A DNA stretch of 64,000 nucleotides from Marsupella aquatica (Eukaryota > Plantae > Marchantiophyta), in the NCBI GenBank assembly GCA_973895155.1, contig OZ316896.1:186001-250000 (forward strand), in the 5' to 3' direction. Below are positions 37,301 through 48,921 of this stretch, piece after piece. The notes under the pieces were generated by a model. The model was given only the letters and a program-made list of their open reading frames with translations. It ran no database searches and was not told the DNA's origin. Every line of letters begins with the position of its first letter. Position 1 is the first letter of the stretch. The position numbers were made by a program, and so were the translations under genes.

Positions 37301-39032
37301 TTTCTTTCTCCAGTAGTTTCAGCAGACTCTGCATGCCTGGTTGCTGCATCGACAAGTCCTCCTTCCTTGGCCTAAACACCTGCTCGATCGTAGGGCTAAC
37401 AGGTGGTTGAGGCTTCTCTGCTACCGGCCTCGGTGCTGGAGCTTCCTCGGGTGCCCTTACCTGCAGGGGAAGTACTGGGGCAAAAGTCTGACCTCTGGCA
37501 TACCGGCACAACAGCGGCATGTGATAGCCAAGCCGCGACACGCTCCCCATGCCGATTACCTGCTGCTCCTCCTTTAAGATTTTCTTCAATTGGTTGAGGA
37601 GGTACCCGTTGTAGTCCCGGCTTGGGTCTGGCCTCTCTGCCAGATAGACCTGTGCCTTGCCGATCTCTGCCCTCGGCAAGTTACAATGCATGGTCACCCG
37701 CAAGAAGTGGTCATCTCTCCTATGTGCATGGTCATCTCTCCTATGTGCGGGTTGGTGCAGGTGTTCCGGAAGAAGCCATTCTTCGTTGATGGCCCGGGGA
37801 ACGACCGGAACTCCTTGTCAGGCAAGGTCTTCCTGGTATCAACTTTGGTCTTATTGCCTATCGGCAAGCCAAACACTTCGGCAATCACTTTGGGAGTAAG
37901 ATAGAAATCCTTCCCATATATCCTCGTGCAATTGGTCTCGGGTTCCCATGACCCCACGAATTCTAATAGGTCTGACTCCGGTACCTCCGGCTTCAGCCAT
38001 GGTAATCTTACAAAGGCCTCTAAGCCGGATCCGGCCATGAAGCCTTGGTACTTCTTGGTCTGCATGGCCGTAAAGCATGCATCCTCCTCCCGTGCAAAAT
38101 GTAGTTGCACCTCCACTGGTAGGGTTGCCGCCCATCCCTTCCAGGTGTCATCCCTAGTTGGAATGGCCTTGATGGGATCAACCTCCTCCTCTTCGGCTTC
38201 TCCCTGCCTCCTGCTCTGCTGCTCGGCTGGCTTCTTTGGTGCCGCCGACCTCGTTCTTTTTGCCGGGGTGGCTTCATCATTGACGGCTCCCTTCCTCTTC
38301 ATCTCTGCTGCCGTGGAGGTTTCTTCTAGCACCGTTGCCTGGGTCCACCTTTCCGTGCTACCCTTCAATTCCCAGTGTATGTCGTGGCAGTTCTTGATGG
38401 CCTCTCGGATGCCGACGACGCTGTCTTTGCAAAAGAGAAGATCGTCGAGCTGATTGGAAGTAGGAGTCCACAAGAACTTGTCCTTGATGAGTTCGCCTCC
38501 TAAGAAAGCCGTCTTCTGCAGCTCCCACAATCGAGCGAGCTCCTGCCATTCTCGAGCTGCCCTTTCTGATTCCTCGTCCTCGTAAGTCTTGATGTACTCA
38601 GTTGCCCGTTCGAACAGGCATCCCCAGAAATGTGCTGCTTGATTGACGTTGCTCATACCCTCCTTAGGTCGATCGTCGGTATCTACTCTCTCCCCGAGTG
38701 CTTGCCTAAGCAGCTGTCAGTAGTTGGCCTCCCGTAGTCGTCTGCCTAGTTCGTGCTCACAAATGAGCCACTATCTCCTGCAAGCGCTCCTTACCCCTCT
38801 CCTCTTCCGGTCCTTCCTCCCGTTGATCCTTCCTAGCCGCCGACGCTTAACGCGCCCTAACCCTAATCGAGTTTTTACCCCCAGCATCCTTACCCCCGGC
38901 CTCGGCCCGGGTTCCATAGTCGCCCCTAATTGTTTATATTTTCCTTGTTTTGTCCCTATACTAAAGTGTTTCTAGGGTGCATTCCTGCTTTACCCACTTC
39001 ACTGGCCGAGTGATTCCTGGCTAGGCATCACA
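34342..39032 (-). mobile_element. Complete 4,691-bp solo LTR of the ORF-bearing family (subfamily B)
   Basis: TGTGGTGCG...GGCATCACA flanked by a perfect 5-bp TSD TGGCC (34337-34341 and 39033-39037). Confidence 0.96.
35256..38656 (-). pseudogene. LTR-encoded large ORF, near-complete copy (~1,125 aa; 20-bp duplication frameshift at ~37710-37748, one stop at 36390)
   Basis: ORFs 37694..38656, 36390..37703 and 35256..36383 are collinear with the other copies. Confidence 0.88.
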
Positions 39033-39221
39033 TGGCCTTTCTGCCAGGTAGACCTGAGCCTTGCCGATCTTTGCCCTCGGCAAGTTACAATGCATGGTCA
39101 CCCGCAAGAAATCGATCATCTCTCCGATGTGTGGGTTGGTGCAGGTGTTTCGGAAGAAGCCATTCTTCGTTGATGGTCCTGGGAACGACCAGAACTCCTT
39201 GTCAGGTAAGGTCTTCCTGGT

Positions 39222-39817
39222 GGGTCTCACTTTTATGGGCACTCTCAATTGGCAACAGGTTGATCTCTTCACCACTTTGGAGCTTCAAGGGAGCGATGGA
39301 GTGGCGAAGTCCCTCAAAATCTTCATGATTTTTCACTCTTTGTGGGCACTATGGCTTGCAAGGAACGAACAAGTTTTTAATTCTAAGCAAACCAGATCTT
39401 TTAACATGAATCTGGTCTTGTCAGAACTTCTAGACTCTCTTCACGGCCTATGCGAGGCTTCAGGTCCTAGCAGGAAACATACTAGACTTCTCCGAATTAA
39501 AGAGCTAGTAAGTAAAGAGAGAGTAATCTGGTTGACACGTGCAGATGCTAGACTCTATAGTTGAGCACTCTTCACCATTTTTAGTATTAGGAAAGTGGCT
39601 CATGTACCCCTTCAGAGTGAGGTCTTCTAGTCCCGGTTCCTTTTATCTTTTGGTCCAGACTCCTTTTACACCCGCTCTTTACTGCTTGGACTAGGAGTTT
39701 AGGTTCCTTGCTATTACGGACCCATTGTCTTTTTGACTTTTTCTGTCTTTTTCATTTGCCTTGTATGGCTTTGGCCCCCTTCCCATGGATTTTCGCGGGT
39801 TTTATTAAAAAAAAAAA
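39222..39817 (+). mobile_element. 5'-truncated L1-type LINE 3' end with poly(A)
   Basis: HSLWALWLARNEQVFN motif typical of plant L1 ORF2 C-termini, stop at 39564, 3' UTR, A11 tail at 39807-39817. Confidence 0.75.
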
Positions 39818-40708
39818 TAGTTGGCAAATAGTATTATGCATATATTATATGGTAAGTAAGGTAGCAATAACGACTCCAAAGCCAATTACAACGGGCTAGG
39901 GGAGTTGAAGGTGGTCATATAAAATCAACGGACAACAACAAGTAGGATTAGGGTTCTGACCTAATCCAGGCCAGATTATGCAAGCCCCTAAGTGGTAGCT
40001 TTGCGAGGGAGGGGACCGATACTCTGTCAATCACGCATTTCCGTGTACGCTGTCTTGACCTTGTGAGGGGGGGCGACTGTCAGTCGATTGAAGGTGGTGG
40101 GTAGGAAGATTGCGTAGCTCATTTCAATCGGTGGAATGACCACGGTGATAGGAAAGTTTTGGGGCTGTTTGTTTGAAGAAGCACGACAGCTCATACCCAC
40201 TTACAAAGACAAAGAGCCGGAACGCGCAGCTAGGGAACGAGCGGAGCTTGCACGATTGTGGGAATTCATAAGACAACATTCATAGGCACTGAGGAAGTGT
40301 TGGAAAAGTTTTTGTGGATTTCCACCAGTGCTAAGCTTGACAAATTGCTGATTAGGGAGAATCGCGTCGTTGGAATTCGGGAGGCAATCAAGAACGCAGG
40401 ACAGCCAGTGTGGGAATTAAAGGGTCACACTGCGGCGTGGACTAAGGAAGCTATTCTTGGAGAGTATTCAGGATCAGAAGTAGACAGGTTATCTGCCGAT
40501 TTGCAACTGCAATTTGCATGGGAGGAGTATGATGTCTTCAGTGCTGTCCAAGATAACAAGTATTCTGGATATATGAATAACATTGGTTTGGACGGATTCG
40601 TCCGGCTGCCTTGGAGGTTAGTTGATATACCAGACAAAGATCTGTTAGACTTTGTAGGATGCTGGGAGGCTTTTTCCAACATGACACTAATGTATGGGAA
40701 GGTTGTAG

Positions 40709-43156
40709 TGTGACGCCGATGACATGGTCCTTATTCTATAATCTGAGTAACTAGGTTGCTGTATGCAAGGAGTAGCTATTGATACCGCATAACAATTAGC
40801 AAGATGGCAAGAATAAGGGCAATCATGGCGTTAAGAGTAGGGAAATAAAAGCTATGTCGCGGGTGGTCGGTGACCATATCTCTTTCAATATGTCACCAAA
40901 TCCGGATCTGTAAAGAGCATTGGAAAGATCTGGTCAAGGCGAGTAAAATCGATATAAAACACTCGGGAAACAAAGGTGTATTAAGGAAGATACGGCCTGA
41001 TTAGTGTAACGGGTTAACTTGTGGCCGGAATTGGCGGGTTCGGCTTCAGTTTCGGGTTAACCCAAGCTCGGCCACGGCTTAGCTTAGGTAAGCACGCCTT
41101 CAGCTTATCTCAGGTAAGCACGGCTTCAGCTTATCTCAGGTAAGCACGGCTTCAGCTTAGCTCAAGTAAGCACAGCTTCAGCTTAGGCTTAACCCGGGTT
41201 CGGATTAGATTGATCCCGGGTTAGACTTAACTCGGGTTAGCCTAAACTCGGGCTCAGGTTAGCATAGGTAAGCTCGGGTTCGGGCTCAGCTTAGGCTAGG
41301 TTAGCGGATAGCAGATAGCGGGTAGCAGCCTAACCCAAGACCACGGGTTAGCTCTACTCGGGTTAGATAGGATAGCTAGATTAGCCGAACTCGGGTTAGC
41401 TATGTAACTCGGGTTAGTGCAGCAGTGAGTACCCCCTCTCGGTTGCGGGGGCATAATTCTCTATGTATTTGACCAAATCGGCTATAATTGACCTCGTTGG
41501 AAAGAGGAGCTCAAGCCGCTTCCAACGCTGCTATCCACGCAGCAAATGGTTGAATAGAGAAATTGGGAGAGGAGGCGCAAGCTCGCAAAAACCATGGAGG
41601 AGGGCCAAATCCGAAGTACATAGCCAATTCGAGATAGAAATAAAGTTGCGAGTTAGGGTTCAGTAGTTAGAGATAGTGACGGCTTTGTTAGGGCTGGGAT
41701 GGGGCTCCAGCAACGTAGCATCCACCCATTTGGGCTCAATGAGAGAGTATATAGAGCAGCCCCCCGGTAGAGGCAGGGGGGACTTCAGTTGTGTGATCTC
41801 ACTTAGACTAAGCAGCAAGGAGGAGCTCTGTGCAAGCAAGGCTGGACTTGGACGCTGCGTGTTGGGGAGAGCTTGGTTGTGCTATTACTCAGGGAGTAGT
41901 CAGCCAAGCTTCACAACAACGGGTTGCTAGGTTTGCGAGTTGGATTGTGGCTCTTTCTAGTGGGCAGCACAACTGGGTTCTTTTCCCCTGATACAGAGCC
42001 TTGGTGATAGGTGATGTATTGGTGATTGTAAACTGTGGGGAGGATTTCAATTCGATTTGTGGTGAGCACATTAGGGAGGCTGAGACACTGATTGAGGGGC
42101 AGTAGGAGGAGCATTTATAGTTCAGTCTGGCAAGGCTACGTGATCCATGGGGAGTCCCGGCCTTTGTCTGGTAGAGAGCACTAAGGGATTTATGGCCAGA
42201 GCTGAGCTTGCAGGGCAAGCGTAAGGCCGGGCCTCATTGCAGTCTGGGATAGATCGTCGTTAGGCCTGGTACCAGCTTTGAAGTCGAGTCAACTATGCAT
42301 GCGTAACTTGATGTTCTGAATTGGAGGACCGGTGTGAGATCTGTATGTGCCCCCAAGAATGAAGTGCAGTGAAGGAGGTTGAGTTCAGGATTGAGTTTGC
42401 AAGGCAAGTACGGGATTGGTTTGAGTCCAATCTACCGTCGCAATCTGGAGTGAGCCGGGCTCAGGTTCAGGATTGAGCTTGCATGGCAAGCATGGGGCTT
42501 GCAGGGCAAGCACGTCACAATCTGGAGGAGACAGCCTTCGGCCCTAGTGTTCGGATCAAGTGTTCTCAGTGAACTATTGTGTGAATCTAATTGAGTTTTC
42601 CTCTCAGGCCTCATTTCTCTCATGGATGTGTGTGTGTGTGAGGCAATCTGAGTGTATGATGGGACTAGCAGCGCCACTGAGAGGTGTACAGGGTGCATTG
42701 AAGCGGGCTGGGTAAGGACTGTCATAGCTCTGATTGCTGAGAGTGGAATGGCAGAGTGGTGGGGCAATGGCTTAGAAGTCCCTAAGCCGGGAATCAGTCA
42801 GGAGTCACTGGTTTATGGGTACATTCCGGCGGCGGAATAGAAACATACCTATGATAGTAAGCATACGTATAGACCTATGCGCACCGTAGCGCTAGGCCCT
42901 GTGGGTACGGGCCCGATATGAAGACCCCTTCTCACCAGAACTATCATGAGCGCAGATCTGATCCCCAACCTTGGTTCCTTGGGATTGAGCTTGGGTGATG
43001 TGTGATAGAGTTTTGCTATGATAGTCTGGTGTTAAGGGCATAAATTGGTGTTTACCGGCCTTCACAACATCCCTTCGTGATCCTCAAGTACAAGGAGATG
43101 GTTTTGGCACCCATAGTGACATTTTTGGTGTTAAGACCCATGTCAATCGCGTGACA
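40709..43156. mobile_element. Solo LTR (2,448 bp) of a second family
   Basis: TGTGACGCC...GCGTGACA with TSD TGTAG (40704-40708 and 43157-43161); the host ORF reads YGKVV|ELTP across it. Confidence 0.92.
41030..41420. repeat. Degenerate tandem repeats within the solo LTR (26-bp GGCTTCAGCTTATCTCAGGTAAGCAC units, CTCGGGTTAG motifs)
   Basis: Visible reiteration. Confidence 0.8.
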
Positions 43157-44542
43157 TGTAGAACTAACACCAGCGCTAATCAAAGTCGTCTTTGCTTTAC
43201 CACAAGGAAACAAGACCAAGGTGGAGCAGAGGAAGACGTTACCAGATAATCAGTTTTGATCGTTTCCAGGGCCCTCCACTAAGAACGGGTTCTTTAGAAA
43301 TCAATGTACTAATCCACATATGGGGCAGTTGATTGATTTTCTAAGAGTAACGCTACACTGTACATTGCCGAGGGCAGAAATTGGCAAGGCCCAGGTGTTT
43401 TTAGTCGAGAATATCGACTCAAGCCATGATTACAATGGCTATCTGTTAAGGCAATTGAAGAAGGCAAGAGAAAAATCCGGCAACACAGGGAAGGGAGAAT
43501 TCCCCATCATGGAGCCAAAGGTGGTAACACTGGATGTGGTGAGGAATCCGTTGCGACGGCCTACTTGAAATAACCCATACGCAAGCATTTACCTGATCGA
43601 GAGGAAGATGACTGCCGAAGAAAGAAAGAAGCATGACGAGCAGATGGATTCAGAGTTGGAGGATGGAAGCCAAGGCCGAAGCCAGGAGAGGTTGGTACTT
43701 AGAGCTTCTGGTTGGGTTCAAGTTAGTAGAAGAACCTGTGGAGGATAGTCAGCCAGCGGCAGCCAGGCAATACTCGGAGGAGGAGATTGGGGGCTTTGTA
43801 GAAGAAGTAGGCATACATAGTAGTCAGGTTAATGTGGAGGACTATGATGAAGAATATGTTGATCATGGGGAGAGGCCAGTGCCAGGTGTTAGGACGTTGG
43901 GAAGATTTTGTAGAAGACTTCCATCGGTCTTCTATGGCAGGCCAGAAGACCAAAAAACCCCAAAGTCTCCTCCACCGGATGTAACACCAAGGGAGTTCAA
44001 CAGAATGAAGGAGGCCGAGGCAGGAATTCAAGAGAAACTCAAGGAGTGGGAGGCCCGGAATGAAATGCAAGAACGACAACTACCAGGAGGAGATTGGTCG
44101 AAAGAAATAAAACGGCTTAGTGAGAAGCAGGCCGAGCCTCTCACTGACTTTGATCAACTACGGGCGGAGGCTTGGGAGAAATGACCTCAATGGCAGATGC
44201 CAATATCACCTAGGAGGTCAAATTACGCAAGAGATTGGGCTAAGGAGTATGGAGACATGTGTGGACTCTTAGCCTTAGAAATTTTTGGCAATGAGTTAGA
44301 ATCTGGGCCATTTCTTAGAAAGGAAATGGCTGATCAAACAAGGTTGGAGGAGGCAATGACATTGGAGCAACTGAAGAAAGAGGAAATAATCGATTGGCTT
44401 CCCAGGATGGAAGCCAAAGTTGCTAAGACGAGGATTGATCGGCAGATTCAGCAAGATCTGTTGGCTAAGCAACAAGAGTTGGAGGTTGCGAACGACCAAT
44501 TGGAAAGTTACCAATTGGACAACCAGCGGATCAAGGAAAAAT

Positions 44543-44863
44543 GGGTATAGCAACGGAGACAGGAAACAAGTAAACATGAATTTTTTTCCTGTTTTTAATA
44601 TGCTGTTACTAGGAAAAAATCACTCTTACCAGGAAAAATGACAATTTAAAAATGTCTCCTTAAACATGTTATTTCCAAAAAAAATTAACAATGCAACATT
44701 TTTGGCTAGCTTTGGGCGCTAGCAAAAAAACTGGTCGACCAAAAAAAAACTTTTTTTTCCTCAAAAAAAAATTCCACCCATTTTCCTGTTACCAGTTTTT
44801 TTCCTGTTACGAGTTTCTGTTATTAAATCATGTTTCTTGTTTGTTGTCGTTTGTAAACACCTC
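44543..44863. mobile_element. 321-bp MITE (Mutator- or hAT-like) inserted in the old LTR ORF
   Basis: AT-rich; imperfect TIRs (..AAACAAGTAAACATGA versus TCATGTTTCTTGTTT..); ~8-bp TSD GGAAAAAT/AGAAAAAT; the host codons KEK|LTK rejoin on removal. Confidence 0.75.
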
Positions 44864-47800
44864 AGAAAAATTGACCAAGGTACAGCTAGAGTTAGCCAAT
44901 ACAAAGGAAGAAGTACAGGGCCTTAATCGGCAAGTTGAGAGACTCAGATCAAAGGCTAAGGAGCAGCTCACTCAGAGTAATAAAGCCTTGGCAGAATCCC
45001 AGAGGAAGCAAAACAAGCTACTCGACCGGCTAGAGGCCATGCGTGAAAAGCATGAGGAGACAACTTGTACAACTGCCAATGACCACCTAAACCGAGTACA
45101 ACAAATATGGAAGGAGCTTCAGGTGGAGTTAACAAAGACAAAGGAGGCATGGACGGATGAGGTCACAAAGTTGGAGGCCATCAACGACTCGCAGAAAGCA
45201 GCTTTAGATAAGAAGGAGTTTGAGATTGTGCAAATCTTAAATGAGGAGCTAAAGGCCGCCAAGGAAGAGATATTGCGGCTTAACGATGAAGTAGAAGACT
45301 TATCTCAGGAGTTGGAGGAGGCCAAGGATAAGATGGTCGGGTTGCAGAGGCATGCTGACAATCAAATTGAGAAGCTAAAGAAGTATGCCAAAGTGGGACA
45401 AGGGTCACCGACTGGAAGGCTTCCCGTTAGTGGCATGGTAGTCGGAAATACTGCGATGCCAAAGCCGAGCTCAATGTTGTTAGAGGTGACTGGGGGAAAG
45501 CAATGCAGTTGGTGGCGGATCTGGCAAAAACATTCATGGGGCCAGCAGGTAATAATGGAATGCCCCTTTAGGCCATGCCAGAAGAGGTCAACATCATGGC
45601 CGCTCACATTTGTGGTACTGTAGTTGTGAAGGCAACTGTGGTAGAGGTAAGTAATGCGGATCAACTTGGAGCTGCGGTGACAGGTTCTGACACTAGTACT
45701 GCTTCCATGGATTACAAGAACATGAAACCGTGGGTGATCGAGACCGAGCGCATTGGGGAGCAAGCTTGGATAGAGGAAGTGAAGGCCAATGCTATCCAAT
45801 GAGGATGTTGCCAATGCCGCAAAACTGGAACCCAAAGCCAAAGCAAAGGAAGCCAAGGGGAGCAAGCCAAAGCCGGATGCAGAGGAATGCGCGCAGAGTC
45901 GAAAGGTTCGGGATTGCCTCCGGTCATCTGACAATTAAGGCGGGCCAGTCGTCAGTTGGAAGGAGGACGTGGCGAAAGGAGAAGGACTTGGGCTAGAAGA
46001 GCGCGGCCGTTGTAGGATTTGGACAAGGCAAGTAGCGCTCTATCGGCTTATATTGCTTAGATAGTATTAGGAGTCCGGGTCCCTCAGGTTCCGGCTTAGT
46101 CAGGTTGAATTTGTTTTAGATTAATAAACAAGAATATCACGGTGGAAGGTCGTGATTGAGTGGTTAGGATTTCCGCGGTTCTTTGAGGTTACGTTGCAAG
46201 GATAAAAACCTAGACAGCGTGGCTTGGGGGCTTTTTCTTAGTCAAGACTTTAGTGTAAATTTGTATTATTGTGAGCACAGGAAGTGTGATGCCTAGCCAG
46301 GAATCATTAGGCCAGTGTAAATAGTAAAATCAGGAGTGTACCCTAGGAAACACCTTAGTATAGTAACAAAAACAGGGAAATATAAACAATTAAGGGTGAC
46401 TATGGAACCCGAGCCAAGGCTGAAAGTAAGGACGTTGGGGGAGGGAACACAATTAGGGTTAGGGCGCGCTAAGTACCGGCGGCTATGGGTAACCAACGGA
46501 AAGGAAGACCAGCCCAAAGGGGGGGGTAAGGACCAAGCGCAAAGAATGGCGGCTCATTTGCAAGCACAAACCAAGCGGACAACTACGGGAGGCCAACTGC
46601 TGTCCGCTACTCAGGCAAGCACTCGGGGTGGAAGCAGATACCGACAATCAACTCAAGAAGGGTATGAGCAACGTCAATCAAGCTGCTCATTTTTGGAGAT
46701 GCCTGTTAGAACGGGCAACTGAGTACATTGGGACCTACCAGGACAAAGAATTGAGAGAGAGCGGCTCGAGAACGGTAGGAGCTTGCTCGACTGTGGGAGC
46801 TGCAGAAGTTTGCTTTCTTAGGAGGAGAACTCATTACGGCTGAATTCTTGTGGACGCCTACTGCCGACGAACTCGACGATCTTCTATTTTGTGAGAACAA
46901 AATAGTCGGCATCCGGGAGGCCATCAACCATTGCAATGACATACACTGGGAGTTGAAGGGTAGCACAGAGGGGTGGACGAAGGCAACCGTGCTAGGAGAA
47001 ACATCCACGGCAGCCGCTATGAAGAGGAAAGGGAACAACAATAAAGAAGCCACCCCTGCAAAAAGAACGAGCTTGGCGACACCTAGGAAACCAGCAGAGC
47101 AGGGAAGCAGGAAGCAGGAGGCAGGCGGAAGCCAAAGAGGAGGAGGTCAACCCCATCAATGTCGTTCCAACAAGAGATGACACCTGGAAAGGCTGGGCGG
47201 CGACCCTCCCCGAGGAGGAGCAATTACACTTTGCACGGGAAGAGGATGCATGCTTTACGGCTATGCAGACTCGGAAATACCAAGGCTTCATGGCCGGATC
47301 CGGCTTGGAAGCCTTCGTAAAGTTACCATGGCTGAAACCGGAGGTGCCGGATTCAGACTAACTAGAATTTGTGGGATCATGGGAGCCCGAGACCAATTCC
47401 ACAAGGGTATATGGGAAGGATTTCTATCTCACTCCCCGGGTGATTGCCGAAGTGTTTGGCTTGCCGATGGGCAATAAGACCAAAGTAGATACCAGGAAGA
47501 CCTTGCCAGACAAGGAGTTTTGGTTGTTTCCAGGGCCATCAACAAAGAATGGCTTCTTCCAAAACACCTGCACCAACCCGCACATAGGAGAAATGATCAA
47601 TTTCTTGCGGGTGACCATGCATTGTAACTTGCCAAAGGCAGAGATCGGCAAGGCACAGGTCTATCTGGCGGAGAGGCCAGACCCAAGCCGAGACTACAAT
47701 GGGTACCTCCTCACCCAACTAAAGAAGATCTTGAAGGAGGAACAACTGGTGATCGACATGGGAAGCGTGTCCCGGCTTGGTTATCATATGCCGTTGTTGT

Positions 47801-48921
47801 GCCGGTATGCCCGAAGTCAGATATTCGCCCCGGTACTACCCCTGCAAGCAAGAGCACCAGAGGAGGTTCCGGAACCAAGGCCGGCAACAGAGGAACCGAC
47901 CCAGCCCGACAGTCCTACAATCAAGCAGGTGTTTAGGCCGAGGAAGGAGGACTTGCCAATGCAGCAACCAGGCATGCAGAATCTGCTGGAGAAGGAAAGG
48001 AGAACGGCAACGGCAACCGGACCGGTACAGAATACTGCTCCCAAAGTCGGTCTTAGCCAACTTACCAGGGAAAACCCCTTTACCGGGGTCAAGGAGAGAA
48101 GGAGGCCGGAACACGAGCCGGGAGTCCGAATGTATGTAGGAGCTTCAAGTCCCAAAGCCGAGGAAAAGTAGCCCCAAGCTCCGGGTCACGACAGGGAGAA
48201 GATGAGATCAACGTGGAAGCCAGAGGAACCAGGACCTGTGATCTGTGAGGCCGTGTTCACGGCAAGACCAAGATAGTAGCGGGGGGAGCCGGTAGTCCAA
48301 GCCAAGGAGGAGGCGGTAGAAGGCTACGACAATGATGACTCCGGCTACGGGTCGGACCATCATGTTCCAGGAATAAGGACCTATGGCAGGTTCATCCCCA
48401 CTCTTCCAAGAGTAGTTCGATGGGACCCGACCCAGCAGAGCAGCCCCGAGTCTCCCCCACCAGATGTCGCTCCCCCGAGCTTCGACGACATAAAACAAAC
48501 GGCACAGGAATTTCAAGAACGACTCAGGGAGGAAGAAGAGGCAGCCCTGGCTAGGGAGAAGGATTTACCAGGAGGAGAATGGCCAGAGGACATCAGGCGG
48601 CTTGCAGAAAAACAAAGCAGCCCTCCAGCCACGTTAGAAGAAATTCGCAAGACGGCTTGGGAATAAAGGCCGTATGGATGATGCCAATGACTTCTACTCA
48701 CTCTGCCTATGCTAAAGAACGAGCCATGGAGTACGGGGAGATGTGTGGGGAACTTGCGCTCGGCATCTTTGGGGAGGAGTTGGAGCAGGGACCTTTTTTC
48801 CAGAGGGAAATGTTGGAGAAGCGCCGATTAGAAGAAGCGGTGGCTTTGGAGAGAAGCAAGAAGGACAAGGGCATCTGTCGGCTTAGGGCAAGGGAAGCCA
48901 AGGTAGAAGATCTGAAGGCGG

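Larger units (their letters stand above)
21094..39221 (-). mobile_element. Ty3/gypsy non-chromovirus (Athila/Phygy-like) LTR retrotransposon with ORF-containing giant LTRs; both outer ends truncated, nested solo LTR inside the 5' LTR
   Basis: Order on the - strand: 5' LTR (39221..30984, interrupted), PBS, gag-PR-RT-RH-INT, PPT, 3' LTR (24747..~21094). Confidence 0.92.
30984..39221 (-). repeat. 5' LTR of element 1 (30984-34341 plus 39033-39221), split by a nested solo LTR and truncated at a LINE
   Basis: Terminus TGTGGTGCGTCCCATGG at 30984; ORF pieces 31902-34341 resume exactly after the TSD at 39033. Confidence 0.9.
40130..45996 (+). pseudogene. Diverged homologue of the LTR-encoded ORF, interrupted by a solo LTR and a MITE
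   Basis: FWGCLFE, WELKGHT, GLDGFVRLPW, FPGPSTKNGFFRN, IDFLRVTLHC.LPRAEIGKAQV, VPGVRTLGRF, LPGGDW, EYGDMCGLLALEIFG, then a coiled coil. Confidence 0.85.

Noticed and set aside
35256-38656. Retroviral envelope gene
   Set aside because: No signal peptide or transmembrane segment; basic NLS-like motifs instead.
34342-39032. Independent DNA transposon or DIRS-like element
   Set aside because: The same unit flanks gag-pol next to the PBS and PPT; TG..CA ends with 5-bp TSD; no TIRs, transposase or recombinase.
44691-45623. 310-aa ORF as a real gene
   Set aside because: Chimeric read-through from the MITE into the old LTR ORF's coiled coil.
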